40,393 nt of DNA. It comes from a virus (Duplodnaviria > Caudoviricetes). The stretch is from positions 1 to 40,393 of IMG/VR virus record IMGVR_UViG_3300033406_000372. The stretch is one strand, 5' to 3'. The notes beneath the pieces were generated by a model. It was not told the DNA's origin and ran no database searches. It was given only the letters and a program-made list of their open reading frames with translations. Positions 8,246 through 15,997 of the stretch are shown here, piece after piece; position 1 is the first letter of the stretch; each line of letters begins with the position of its first letter. A program made the translations under genes and the position numbers.

Positions 8246-8442
8246 AAAATCTGCTGATTGTCATTATAGGGCAATTATTGTCGGATCGAAAACAGCACAA
8301 TGAGGTACCCTCTCATGTGCTTTTGCTTGAACTCCAAAAAGAAGTTTATTCTCAGATATATTCGGCATTAAATGAACTGGAGGTTGAGGGTAAGATAGAA
8401 ATCGGTCATACCTTAAATGACCGGTGGATAAAATTGAAGTAA
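8242..8442 (+). CDS. Small winged-helix-like protein
   Basis: ALNELEVEGKIEIGHTLNDRWI wHTH-like end; TAATG coupling to the initiator. Confidence 0.6.
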   Translation: MKNLLIVIIGQLLSDRKQHNEVPSHVLLLELQKEVYSQIYSALNELEVEGKIEIGHTLNDRWIKLK

Positions 8443-9278
8443 TGAATTACATCGAATTAATCAATCAATTTTGGTCTTGTCATAGAGAGAATTGTTTTAG
8501 TCCAAGTGAGATAGCCTTGTATTTTCATCTATTGGATACAGCGAACTCGCTTGCATGGAAGAATCCTTTCAGGGAAGGGAATCAGGTTGCATGTGCTTCA
8601 CTGGGAATAAGCGAACCTACGCTACAGCGAAGCCGGGACAGGTTGGTAAAAGCCGGATTGATAGATTACCAAAGTGGAAAGGTGAAACGAGAACTGACGG
8701 AGTATCGGATCTTAGAAGTAGGTATAAATAATTTATACCAAAACGATACCCAAAGCAGTACCCAAAGTGATACCCAAACCGAACCCCAAAGTAATACCCA
8801 AAGCAGTGAAAATGCTTTTGACTTCAATAAACATAAACTAAACAAGAGGGTAGATGATAAATCATCTCTTAGTGCAAACGCAGATTTGCACGCAGAGAAA
8901 ATCGACTACGACAAACTTGTTGAATTTTTCAATTCTGAAACCAAAGGGGTATTTGGCAGGGTTATGATGCCATTATCAGACAAACGCCGTAAGCTTATAG
9001 CGGCGCGGATAAAAGAGCGCGGCAAAGAATCCTTTGCGGAGGCTCTCAAGAAGGCCGCAGCGAGTAATTTTCTCAGGGGTGATAACCAGCGGGGATTTAC
9101 AGCGACGTTTGACTGGATAATCAAACCAACAAATTTTGAAAAGATACTTTCAGGAAACTATGACAACAGAACCCAAAAAGATAGGGGATCTCATCAAGTC
9201 TCAGACGATGAGTTTATGCAAGCCCTCAAAGAAGGGGCTGCCCGTGGTCTCTACGAACGGGAGCGAAGCAAGCTATGA
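8442..9278 (+). CDS. Replication initiator (lambda O-like; N-terminal wHTH)
   Basis: SEIALYFHLL...LGISEPTLQRSRDRLVKAGLIDY wHTH; C-terminal ATFDWIIKPTNFEKILSGNY; internal iterons. Confidence 0.85.
   Translation: MNYIELINQFWSCHRENCFSPSEIALYFHLLDTANSLAWKNPFREGNQVACASLGISEPTLQRSRDRLVKAGLIDYQSGKVKRELTEYRILEVGINNLYQNDTQSSTQSDTQTEPQSNTQSSENAFDFNKHKLNKRVDDKSSLSANADLHAEKIDYDKLVEFFNSETKGVFGRVMMPLSDKRRKLIAARIKERGKESFAEALKKAAASNFLRGDNQRGFTATFDWIIKPTNFEKILSGNYDNRTQKDRGSHQVSDDEFMQALKEGAARGLYERERSKL
8745..8804 (+). repeat. Five tandem 12-bp iterons (likely replication origin)
   Basis: GATACCCAAAGC/AGTACCCAAAGT/GATACCCAAACC/GAACCCCAAAGT/AATACCCAAAGC, flanked by AT-rich DNA. Confidence 0.75.
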
Positions 9279-9627
9279 GATCAGCATATATTCCGATACG
9301 CTGACTGAGAAAGGATTGTTGGTGAATATCAACCGACTCAGAGCGGCATTTCCTAAACAATCAAGCGCATTCTTCAATTTGCTGACAGAGCGTGTAATTG
9401 CAAACGGATTTACTGATGATCGTCTAATGGACGCTATCAACCACTTGATTGATAACTTCCAGTACAAAGAGATGAATATCTCGGACATAGTGGGCTTTGA
9501 CCGGAAAAGAAAGCTATATACCTACTCCGATGTGTGCAATTTGGTCACAAAAGGGTTAGCCTCATTTGAGGATTTTGAGGTGTATCGCGTAGGAAATGAT
9601 GTGTTTAGAGTGAAAAGGAACGAATGA
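9160..9627 (+). CDS. Putative helicase loader (lambda P-like position)
   Basis: Overlaps the 3' end of the initiator; MTTEPKKIGDL start; LRAAFP motif. Confidence 0.5.
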   Translation: MTTEPKKIGDLIKSQTMSLCKPSKKGLPVVSTNGSEASYEISIYSDTLTEKGLLVNINRLRAAFPKQSSAFFNLLTERVIANGFTDDRLMDAINHLIDNFQYKEMNISDIVGFDRKRKLYTYSDVCNLVTKGLASFEDFEVYRVGNDVFRVKRNE

Positions 9628-9654
9628 TAATGTGTCAAATATGTATTTCTTGAG

Positions 9655-9694
9655 AAAATAAAAACAGGATTCAAGTATTGAGCCTGAATCCTGT
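9655..9694 (-). terminator. Intrinsic terminator closing the inverted moron
   Basis: ACAGGATTCA(9664-9673)/TGAATCCTGT(9685-9694) stem with an A-run on its left, giving a U-tail on the - strand. Confidence 0.65.
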
Positions 9695-9731
9695 AGTTTA
9701 CCGTTTACACAAAATTTTGGATAGTCCCATT

Positions 9732-9917
9732 TTATTCATCAATTTCTAAAGCATCTTCATGAAATTCATCTCTATTGACTTTACCATCAGAATACCAAGA
9801 TACATGTACGAATCCAGTTTCTTGTGTTCCATTTAAATTCATCGAGATATCTGATACTGTCATAGTTGGACTGCCTGATTTGAGAGCAACTTGATCTCCA
9901 ATTTTAAACTTTCCCAT
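9732..9917 (-). CDS. YodC / DUF2158 family small protein
   Basis: FKIGDQVALKSGSPTMTV...VSWY...FHEDAL signature. Confidence 0.85.
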   Translation of the reverse strand: MGKFKIGDQVALKSGSPTMTVSDISMNLNGTQETGFVHVSWYSDGKVNRDEFHEDALEIDE

Positions 9918-9993
9918 AATTATTCTATTAAATTATCCCTACTCTTTGGATTTTCGGGTACTTCCTTTTTATAAATAATTCTCGTTTTGTTTG

Positions 9994-10596
9994 TTATTGC
10001 TTTTGCTCTTTTGTTTTTTCAATACCTTGGTTTACTTTGTTAGGGAGCACATAAATGAATTCTGCAAGTGCTTGAGCAAACTCAACAATGCGTTTAGCAT
10101 CCTCTTCATTTGGCAATGCAGCATCTGCATCCGCATGTCGTTGGTCATTTGCTTCAAGTCTTATTTGATGTGCCCATTGAGCCATGCCTTCCGTTATTAA
10201 ATGGTCAGTTGCTGCATCCTGTATTTTTGTGTATAGACTTCCTTTGCCAAATCCTTTTTCTTGCAACATCGCATCTATCGCACTGGCAGCTAACATTATT
10301 GATCCAGCTGGCGCATGAATTGTTTCTATTGCTTGTTGCAAAAATTGTTTTGCTTTTTCTGGAATACAGTCTTCAACAATCTGGGGTTGAGGGAAGATTT
10401 CTAAAGCAATATCAGAACTTCGGTATTTACTAGCTAATGTTACACCTCCGCAATTTGAACATACATAATTACACCATATTCTTTCGTTTTGGTCATTTGC
10501 ATCTGTTGTTGCAAATTGATGTTGGAGATATATGTTAGGGCTGGCTATGTTACAATGTGGGCATCTTTTAAGATTCAATGTATTGGTTAATTTCAT
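9994..10596 (-). CDS. DUF4145 (HEPN-like) protein with an N-terminal Zn ribbon
   Basis: CPHC...CSNC; GSLYTKI...WAHQIRLEANDQRH...EDAKRIVEF. Confidence 0.85.
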   Translation of the reverse strand: MKLTNTLNLKRCPHCNIASPNIYLQHQFATTDANDQNERIWCNYVCSNCGGVTLASKYRSSDIALEIFPQPQIVEDCIPEKAKQFLQQAIETIHAPAGSIMLAASAIDAMLQEKGFGKGSLYTKIQDAATDHLITEGMAQWAHQIRLEANDQRHADADAALPNEEDAKRIVEFAQALAEFIYVLPNKVNQGIEKTKEQKQ

Positions 10597-10598
10597 AA

Positions 10599-10850
10599 TT
10601 ACTTCTTGTTTTTTTGAGAAAGTGCACTTCCAGCAATTGATTTTGATTTTGCAGAAAATCGGTTGTCGTTCAATATCTTGGATGCGGTGGAAGCAACCTT
10701 AGAAGATGTAACTTTACTCGGTGTTTTTGTTTGAGATAATACACTACCAGCAACAATCTTTGTAGATTTACTGGATGTTGCAGAATCTAGTACTTTAGCT
10801 GCCGTCTTTGCCACTTTAGAAGACGTTACTTTAGGTGAATTTTTTGCCAT
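10599..10850 (-). CDS. Small Lys/Ser/Ala-rich protein built of two tandem ~39-aa repeats
   Basis: KVTSSKVAKTAAKVLD...AGSVLSQ / KVTSSKVASTASKILN...AGSALSQ; tight 2-8 nt spacing to both neighbours. Confidence 0.75.
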   Translation of the reverse strand: MAKNSPKVTSSKVAKTAAKVLDSATSSKSTKIVAGSVLSQTKTPSKVTSSKVASTASKILNDNRFSAKSKSIAGSALSQKNKK

Positions 10851-10858
10851 GTGAATAA

Positions 10859-11257
10859 TTATTTTTCAATTGGTATTTTTTGTAAGTATTTGTTATCAAA
10901 ATAAATAGCTTTAAGCTTCTTGATAAATTCATCTTTAAAATACCAAGATTGCTCTTTTTTTATATTTGTCATCCCATCATAAGTATATGAAGTCATAAAG
11001 TCTGGAAAATCATCACTTTTCTTATCATTATTGCCCCATTGCATTGCTTGTAAATTCAGAGGGCTTTCATCTCCTCCCTTTCTTTCTGGAAATTTATGAT
11101 CAATCTGCCAACCATAAATGCTATCGGTATTTCCATATTCGGTTCGCTTAATTAAAGCTCCAGCCATATCTTGTTTATATTCAGATTCTTTTTTGCCTAC
11201 GACGGGTTTAGCTTTACTCCATACTGATTCAATTTCTTCATCTGTGAAATTAGCCAT
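10859..11257 (-). CDS. HNH endonuclease
   Basis: YGWQIDHKFPERKGGDESPLNLQAMQWGNNDKKSD. Confidence 0.88.
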   Translation of the reverse strand: MANFTDEEIESVWSKAKPVVGKKESEYKQDMAGALIKRTEYGNTDSIYGWQIDHKFPERKGGDESPLNLQAMQWGNNDKKSDDFPDFMTSYTYDGMTNIKKEQSWYFKDEFIKKLKAIYFDNKYLQKIPIEK

Positions 11258-11545
11258 GATAGTGAAATTAAAAGTTAATAATTATTGTTAGTAAAAAAGT
11301 CATGTAATCACGAGTATATGGCGTTAGTTTTAAATTGATTATGAGTATTTATTGACGTTGTAATGAAAAAAAATATGTGCGAAATTTAGAATGTATTTAT
11401 TAAATAACAAAATTTATATAGGATTTTTTTTGGTCAAGATATAAAAAAGTGTCTGTGTCGTTAAAAAATCTGACATTTTTAAACCATTTGTTTGATCTAA
11501 TTAACTGACACATTGTGTAATGCGCATACGATTACTTTGTCTTTA

Positions 11546-11773
11546 TTTCTTTGATAATTCATTGATGCAACGGCTTTTTATTTTTAATCTGATAACAAGT
11601 GTGGTAATTAGATGGTATATTTGAAGATAGATCTATCATTATGAAGTCCAACAATGCGATTCAATTTTTCAAAGGCTACGTACATGATTTATCCAAAAAC
11701 ATGAAGCTGTAGCCTCCTTGCTTGAGGCTGCCAATAACTAATGAAATAATTCTTTGATAGAATCAAGGAATAT
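11546..11773 (+). pseudogene. Decayed duplicate of the promoter and 5' part of the 12293 gene
   Basis: Aligns to 12150-12441 (e.g. ATGAAGCT[G/A]TAGCCTCCTTGCTTGA, ATAGAATCAAGGAATAT); the homologous frame has three stops and is out of frame with the ATG at 11641. Confidence 0.75.
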
Positions 11774-11805
11774 TGTAATTTTGAATTATCTGAAGAATAT
11801 AAACT

Positions 11806-12015
11806 ATGAAAAAGCTAAGACAACGAGACCTTGGTAAGCGTATGGTCTGTGCCCGTAGTTTTGGGTTTCAATCTGGTTTGCAGATTTTGGTTGATCCTAA
11901 CCTTACGGATGAAGAAATAGTAGCCAGACTTGAAAAACGGTTGCAGCCAAACCAGGTGCCAGATAATCAGCGGAAGCGATTGGTAGGAAAAGCTGCGTAT
12001 TCAAAGAAAGGATAA
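11806..12015 (+). CDS. Small basic hypothetical protein
   Basis: 69-aa ORF, A-rich leader, TAATTTTG box at 11776-11783. Confidence 0.55.
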   Translation: MKKLRQRDLGKRMVCARSFGFQSGLQILVDPNLTDEEIVARLEKRLQPNQVPDNQRKRLVGKAAYSKKG

Positions 12016-12140
12016 TGAATGCATGTCACGAAAAAGCAACATTAAACAGAGTAGCATAAATCACGAAAAAGTCTGACGATTCTCATCGATTGTTCTTGAT
12101 ATAGAGGTGTGAGATCTTGCTAACCAAATCGATAGTTTGT

Positions 12141-12187
12141 AAGCCATTGTTTCTTTGATAACTCATTGAAATGATGGCTTTTGTTTT
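12141..12187 (+). terminator. Long hairpin / intrinsic terminator
   Basis: AAGCCATTGTTTC...GAAATGATGGCTT followed by TTGTTTT. Confidence 0.55.
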
Positions 12188-12292
12188 GCTTGTTTGTGAG
12201 ATGTGTATTACAATTGCAATAACGAATGTGAAACGTTTAATGTGTTGTTAGTCTGATAATTAAGTGGTATATTTGGAGATAAAATCAGTATT

Positions 12293-12643
12293 ATGAGAGT
12301 CTTTAATAAGAAAGCCAAACAATGTGATTCTATTCTACGAAGACCGCGTGCACGATTTTCCCCTAAATATGAAGCTATAGCCTCCTTGCTTGAAGTTGCC
12401 AGTAACTCAGAACGTAATTCTTTTATAGAATCAAGGAATATATCGCTTCAAGCAGTTAAGCGGGCTATAGATTGTATCCTGAATGAACCCGTAGATCATT
12501 CTCCTGCATGTAATCATGAATTTGAAGCAGTATATGAATCAGATGCTAATAGAACAGCTTGCAAGACTCGTTGTAGTAAATGTGGATATGAACCTATCTC
12601 GGTACATGTTCATGCTCATGGGGAAAGGTACTGTGACGATTAA
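12293..12643 (+). CDS. Hypothetical protein with a C-terminal Zn-finger-like motif
   Basis: CNHEF...CSKCG; own TATATTTG box at 12268-12275. Confidence 0.6.
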   Translation: MRVFNKKAKQCDSILRRPRARFSPKYEAIASLLEVASNSERNSFIESRNISLQAVKRAIDCILNEPVDHSPACNHEFEAVYESDANRTACKTRCSKCGYEPISVHVHAHGERYCDD

Positions 12644-12732
12644 GTGACTCAATGGCAATGCGTTGCACACCCCGATCTTTATAGTTTTGAGCGATTTTTT
12701 ATTTTTGCATACATTGCATACATCTGCATACA
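12626..12732 (+). other. Candidate cos packaging site (cosQ-like, cosN-like, R-site-like repeats)
   Basis: AGGTACT 12626-12632; dyad GCAATGCGTTGC 12655-12666; three TGCATACA at 12706, 12715 and 12725; directly upstream of terS. Confidence 0.5.
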
Positions 12733-12745
12733 AAAACTGAAATTT

Positions 12746-13348
12746 ATGATATATTCAGTTGTTGAGCTATCCAAACATTTGGGGATTTCGAGAGGGGCTA
12801 TTTATAGCTATGCCAAAAGGGGAGACATTGTTTTAGTAAACGGAAAATTCAATACAGATAACCCTACAAATTCTGAGTATTTGAAACTTCGGGAAGAAAG
12901 CAAAAAAGAGATTGAAACGGAATTGTCGGTCATAGGAGGAAACCCAGAAAAAAAGAGACCAACCAAGAAGATTCAATCGGAAGATGAAGCAGCGAAAGAA
13001 TTTGCGGAGGTCTTAACTGGTGTGGAGATTAAGAAACTCAAGGCCAAGAAGACAAAGGAGGAAGTTAAGTTTTTAAGACTTCGCAATGAGAAGTTAGAGG
13101 GCTCTTTGATTCCAACCGATTTAGTCGGAAGAGCTGTTGCTGAAGTAGTAGTCCGCTATAAAACATCTTTTGTTCAAAATGTAGATCAACTATTGAGAGA
13201 TTTTGCCAATGAGAACTCCGTAGACAATTCGAAACTAACCAGTGTACTTGCAAAGCTTACCATTCTTGCCAATGAAGTAAGTGAACGTGCAGATATTGAG
13301 GCAAAGATTGCCATCGAAAATAGTTTATCCGAATCGATGATTAAATGA
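12746..13348 (+). CDS. terS: Terminase small subunit (Nu1-like)
   Basis: N-terminal wHTH (SVVELSKHLGISRGAI), coiled coil ending LEGSLIP; overlaps terL; ATG at 12746. Confidence 0.8.
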   Translation: MIYSVVELSKHLGISRGAIYSYAKRGDIVLVNGKFNTDNPTNSEYLKLREESKKEIETELSVIGGNPEKKRPTKKIQSEDEAAKEFAEVLTGVEIKKLKAKKTKEEVKFLRLRNEKLEGSLIPTDLVGRAVAEVVVRYKTSFVQNVDQLLRDFANENSVDNSKLTSVLAKLTILANEVSERADIEAKIAIENSLSESMIK

Positions 13349-15318
13349 AACAACTTGACGACATATTTTCTTTGTTTCATACACATATCACTACTGAACA
13401 GCCATCGGAATGGGCAGAACAAAACCGTGTCCTTACCTCTGAAGTTACTGCCTTTCCGGGAAAAGCTTCACTAGATCGCTTCCCATATTGGAAAGAACCA
13501 TTAAACCGATTATCTCCAGATGATCCGGCTCGTATAATTACTATCATGGGCGGTGCTCAGATAGGCAAGTCAACGAACTTTATAGAATCAGGAATTGGCT
13601 ACATCATAAAGAACCATCCGGGTAATATCATTCTTACGTCAGCTGATAAAGAACTCTCCAAGGGTCAGATGGCAAAGAAAATTGACCAGATGATTGCAAA
13701 TTCTGGACTTGCGTATCTTATCCGACCAAATACTATCAAAAAGAAAAATCTAAAAACCGGAGATACTGATAGTATGAAGGAGTTTCCGGGTGGTTCTTTG
13801 ATGGCGCAATCCATCAAGGCGGTAGACAAAATACGACAGAACTCATTTCGTTATGGATTCTTTGATGATTTTGAAGCAGCCGTACGTTCTGAAAAACAAG
13901 CAGGTGATGTATCAGATTTACTCCTAATGCGTTTCAACTCCTTCAAGGATAAGATGAAGGTTTGTTTTATTTCTACACCTGAAATCAAGCAAACATCTCT
14001 TATAGAGCCATCTTTTTATAACGGGGATCAACGATATTATTTCATGCCATGCCCATGCTGTGGCAAGCCTATCCGATTTGAATGGTTTGTTAAATTAGAA
14101 AATGAAAAAGAACATGCCGGGGTAGTCTTTGAGAAAGACGATCACAATAATCTAATAGAAGAATCTGTCGGTTATGTTTGCCCTGAATGCCGTAATTTTT
14201 TTACGGAAAAGCATAAAAAGGAAATGTTGGCTAATGGGCAATGGGTATCAACGGGGATAGCAAGTCGCCCCGATTGGTTTAGCTATCATATTTCAGGTTT
14301 GTATTCGCCCCCTGGATTTTTCGACTGGACTCATCATGCGCGTCAGTGGCTTAAGATTTTTCCGAATGCTGGTATTGTAAAAGAAAGACAATTACAGGTT
14401 TTTAAAAATCTTGTATTGGGAGAAACTTATGAAGAAAAAAAGAAGGAAGTCAATGCCCTATTGATCTCTCGCAATACTCGTGATTATGAAATCGGGATAA
14501 TCCCAAACAATCTGTCGGTGCGTGATGGTAATGGAAAGATAGTTCTGCTTACTTGTGCGTGTGATTTGAACGGTATGGAAGAAGATGCGCGGCTTGATTA
14601 TGAGATTCTTGCCCATTCGGTGAGCGGTACAACCTATTCAATAGATCATGGCAGCATAGGAACCTTTCAAAGAGGACTGAGTGAAGAACAGCGCGAGAAA
14701 AGAAGTTACTTTCACGGGGTACCTAATTCTGTATGGGATGAATTTAAAGAAATTATCTCAAGAGAATATCCTAATCAGGATGGGGAGGTGATGAAAATAG
14801 CCATTACAGGTGTCGACACCGGATTTTTTACCCAATTAGGGTATCAATTCGTGGATCAACAAAGTGTTTCTATTGTTGTTAGCTTGAAAGGTGATAGTGA
14901 AGAAAAGAAGAGGCCCGTGAGTGCAGATACTCCGTTTTTCAAGGAAGGGAAAGAACGTCCTAACCTATACTTGGTACAGTCTAATCAGATAAAAGATACT
15001 CTATCCGAACTTATGAAACTCAAATACAGCAAAGGTTATCCCCAGCCAGCTGGATTTATGAATTATCCCACACCAAGTGAAGGAAAATACACATATCAAT
15101 ATTTCGAGCAATACGAGGGGGAGCAACGGAATCCTATCTTGAGTGCAAATGGGATAGAAATAGCGTATCAATGGCAAAAGAAAACACAACAGTCCAAGAA
15201 TCACTTTTGGGACTGTCGTGTGTATAATCTAGCGTTAAGAGATATTTTTGTTAAGGTGGTTTCTAAATCAATTGGAAAACCTATCTCATGGGCTGATTTT
15301 TGTGCGTTAATCAATTAA
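13345..15318 (+). CDS. terL: Terminase large subunit, lambda GpA family
   Basis: PSEWAE, GAQIGKS, FISTP, GDQRYYFMPCPCCG, GVDTG, NHFWDCRVY. Confidence 0.95.
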   Translation: MKQLDDIFSLFHTHITTEQPSEWAEQNRVLTSEVTAFPGKASLDRFPYWKEPLNRLSPDDPARIITIMGGAQIGKSTNFIESGIGYIIKNHPGNIILTSADKELSKGQMAKKIDQMIANSGLAYLIRPNTIKKKNLKTGDTDSMKEFPGGSLMAQSIKAVDKIRQNSFRYGFFDDFEAAVRSEKQAGDVSDLLLMRFNSFKDKMKVCFISTPEIKQTSLIEPSFYNGDQRYYFMPCPCCGKPIRFEWFVKLENEKEHAGVVFEKDDHNNLIEESVGYVCPECRNFFTEKHKKEMLANGQWVSTGIASRPDWFSYHISGLYSPPGFFDWTHHARQWLKIFPNAGIVKERQLQVFKNLVLGETYEEKKKEVNALLISRNTRDYEIGIIPNNLSVRDGNGKIVLLTCACDLNGMEEDARLDYEILAHSVSGTTYSIDHGSIGTFQRGLSEEQREKRSYFHGVPNSVWDEFKEIISREYPNQDGEVMKIAITGVDTGFFTQLGYQFVDQQSVSIVVSLKGDSEEKKRPVSADTPFFKEGKERPNLYLVQSNQIKDTLSELMKLKYSKGYPQPAGFMNYPTPSEGKYTYQYFEQYEGEQRNPILSANGIEIAYQWQKKTQQSKNHFWDCRVYNLALRDIFVKVVSKSIGKPISWADFCALIN

Positions 15319-15329
15319 ATATCAAAGAT

Positions 15330-15569
15330 ATGACAGTGTATGAACTTGCAACGGAAATGATCGGGGATAATGCTAAATTACTCGAAGATAACGGTCTGAT
15401 AAATAGAACTCTAAGTCATCAAATGTTTGTTTATTCTCAATATAGTCAACTCATTGAAAGTGGGCTTCCTAGAATGCAGGCATATACTGAGATCTCTTTG
15501 AGATACTATATGTCTGAAGATTCAGTAAAGTCTATTGTATCCAAATTTAAAAAAGAGATCGCCATGTAA
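15330..15569 (+). CDS. Small HTH protein (Mor/C-like late regulator candidate)
   Basis: C-terminal AYTEISLRYYMSEDSVKSIV HTH; followed by a terminator and the late promoter. Confidence 0.55.
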   Translation: MTVYELATEMIGDNAKLLEDNGLINRTLSHQMFVYSQYSQLIESGLPRMQAYTEISLRYYMSEDSVKSIVSKFKKEIAM

Positions 15570-15591
15570 ATTCCATTTTCCTCTTGATTAT

Positions 15592-15620
15592 AGCCACTCA
15601 AAAATTGGGTGGCTTTTTTT
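15592..15620 (+). terminator. Intrinsic terminator
   Basis: AGCCACTCAA-AAA-TTGGGTGGCT followed by a T run. Confidence 0.8.
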
Positions 15621-15630
15621 ATGCCTATTC

Positions 15631-15677
15631 TGGTATTTTTTTCTACCAACAGACTAGCCGTCACTAAAATACCTTTG
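15631..15677 (+). promoter_or_regulatory. Late (morphogenesis) promoter with an upstream dyad
   Basis: TACCTTTG -7 box at 15670-15677; TGGTA-N8-TACCA at 15631-15648. Confidence 0.55.
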
Positions 15678-15694
15678 TTACAAATACAGTAGTA

Positions 15695-15997
15695 ATGTTT
15701 TACGACAACCCCGCTGAATATCTTAAAGGAGCAGGACCGGATACTAAGGAACGTATCAACCGGTTGACTACGATTATTTACAATTTGGAGAATGCCTTAG
15801 CAGATTCGACGAATGGGGATGTACAAAACTATACGTTTAACGATGGACAGAGCCAAATATCGACCAATTACAGAACATTGTCGGACTTGACAAAGGCAAT
15901 CGAAACGTTTGGAACGATCCGGGAACGATTAATCAATCGGAGCCAAGGGCGTACGTCCATTTTACGAGATGCCGATACGCATTACAGATATAGATAA
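15695..15997 (+). CDS. Head-tail joining protein (gpW-like)
   Basis: Lies between terminase and lambda-type portal; YTFNDGQSQISTNYRTLSDL hairpin-helix pattern. Confidence 0.65.
   Translation: MFYDNPAEYLKGAGPDTKERINRLTTIIYNLENALADSTNGDVQNYTFNDGQSQISTNYRTLSDLTKAIETFGTIRERLINRSQGRTSILRDADTHYRYR

Noticed and set aside
11641-12441. The duplicated segment as a DGR template/variable repeat pair
   Set aside because: Mismatches include many C/T and G/A changes rather than being adenine-specific, and no reverse transcriptase is encoded in the window
12644-12745. GTG-started N-terminal extension of TerS given in the ORF track
   Set aside because: It overlaps the candidate cos elements; the wHTH begins at ATG 12746
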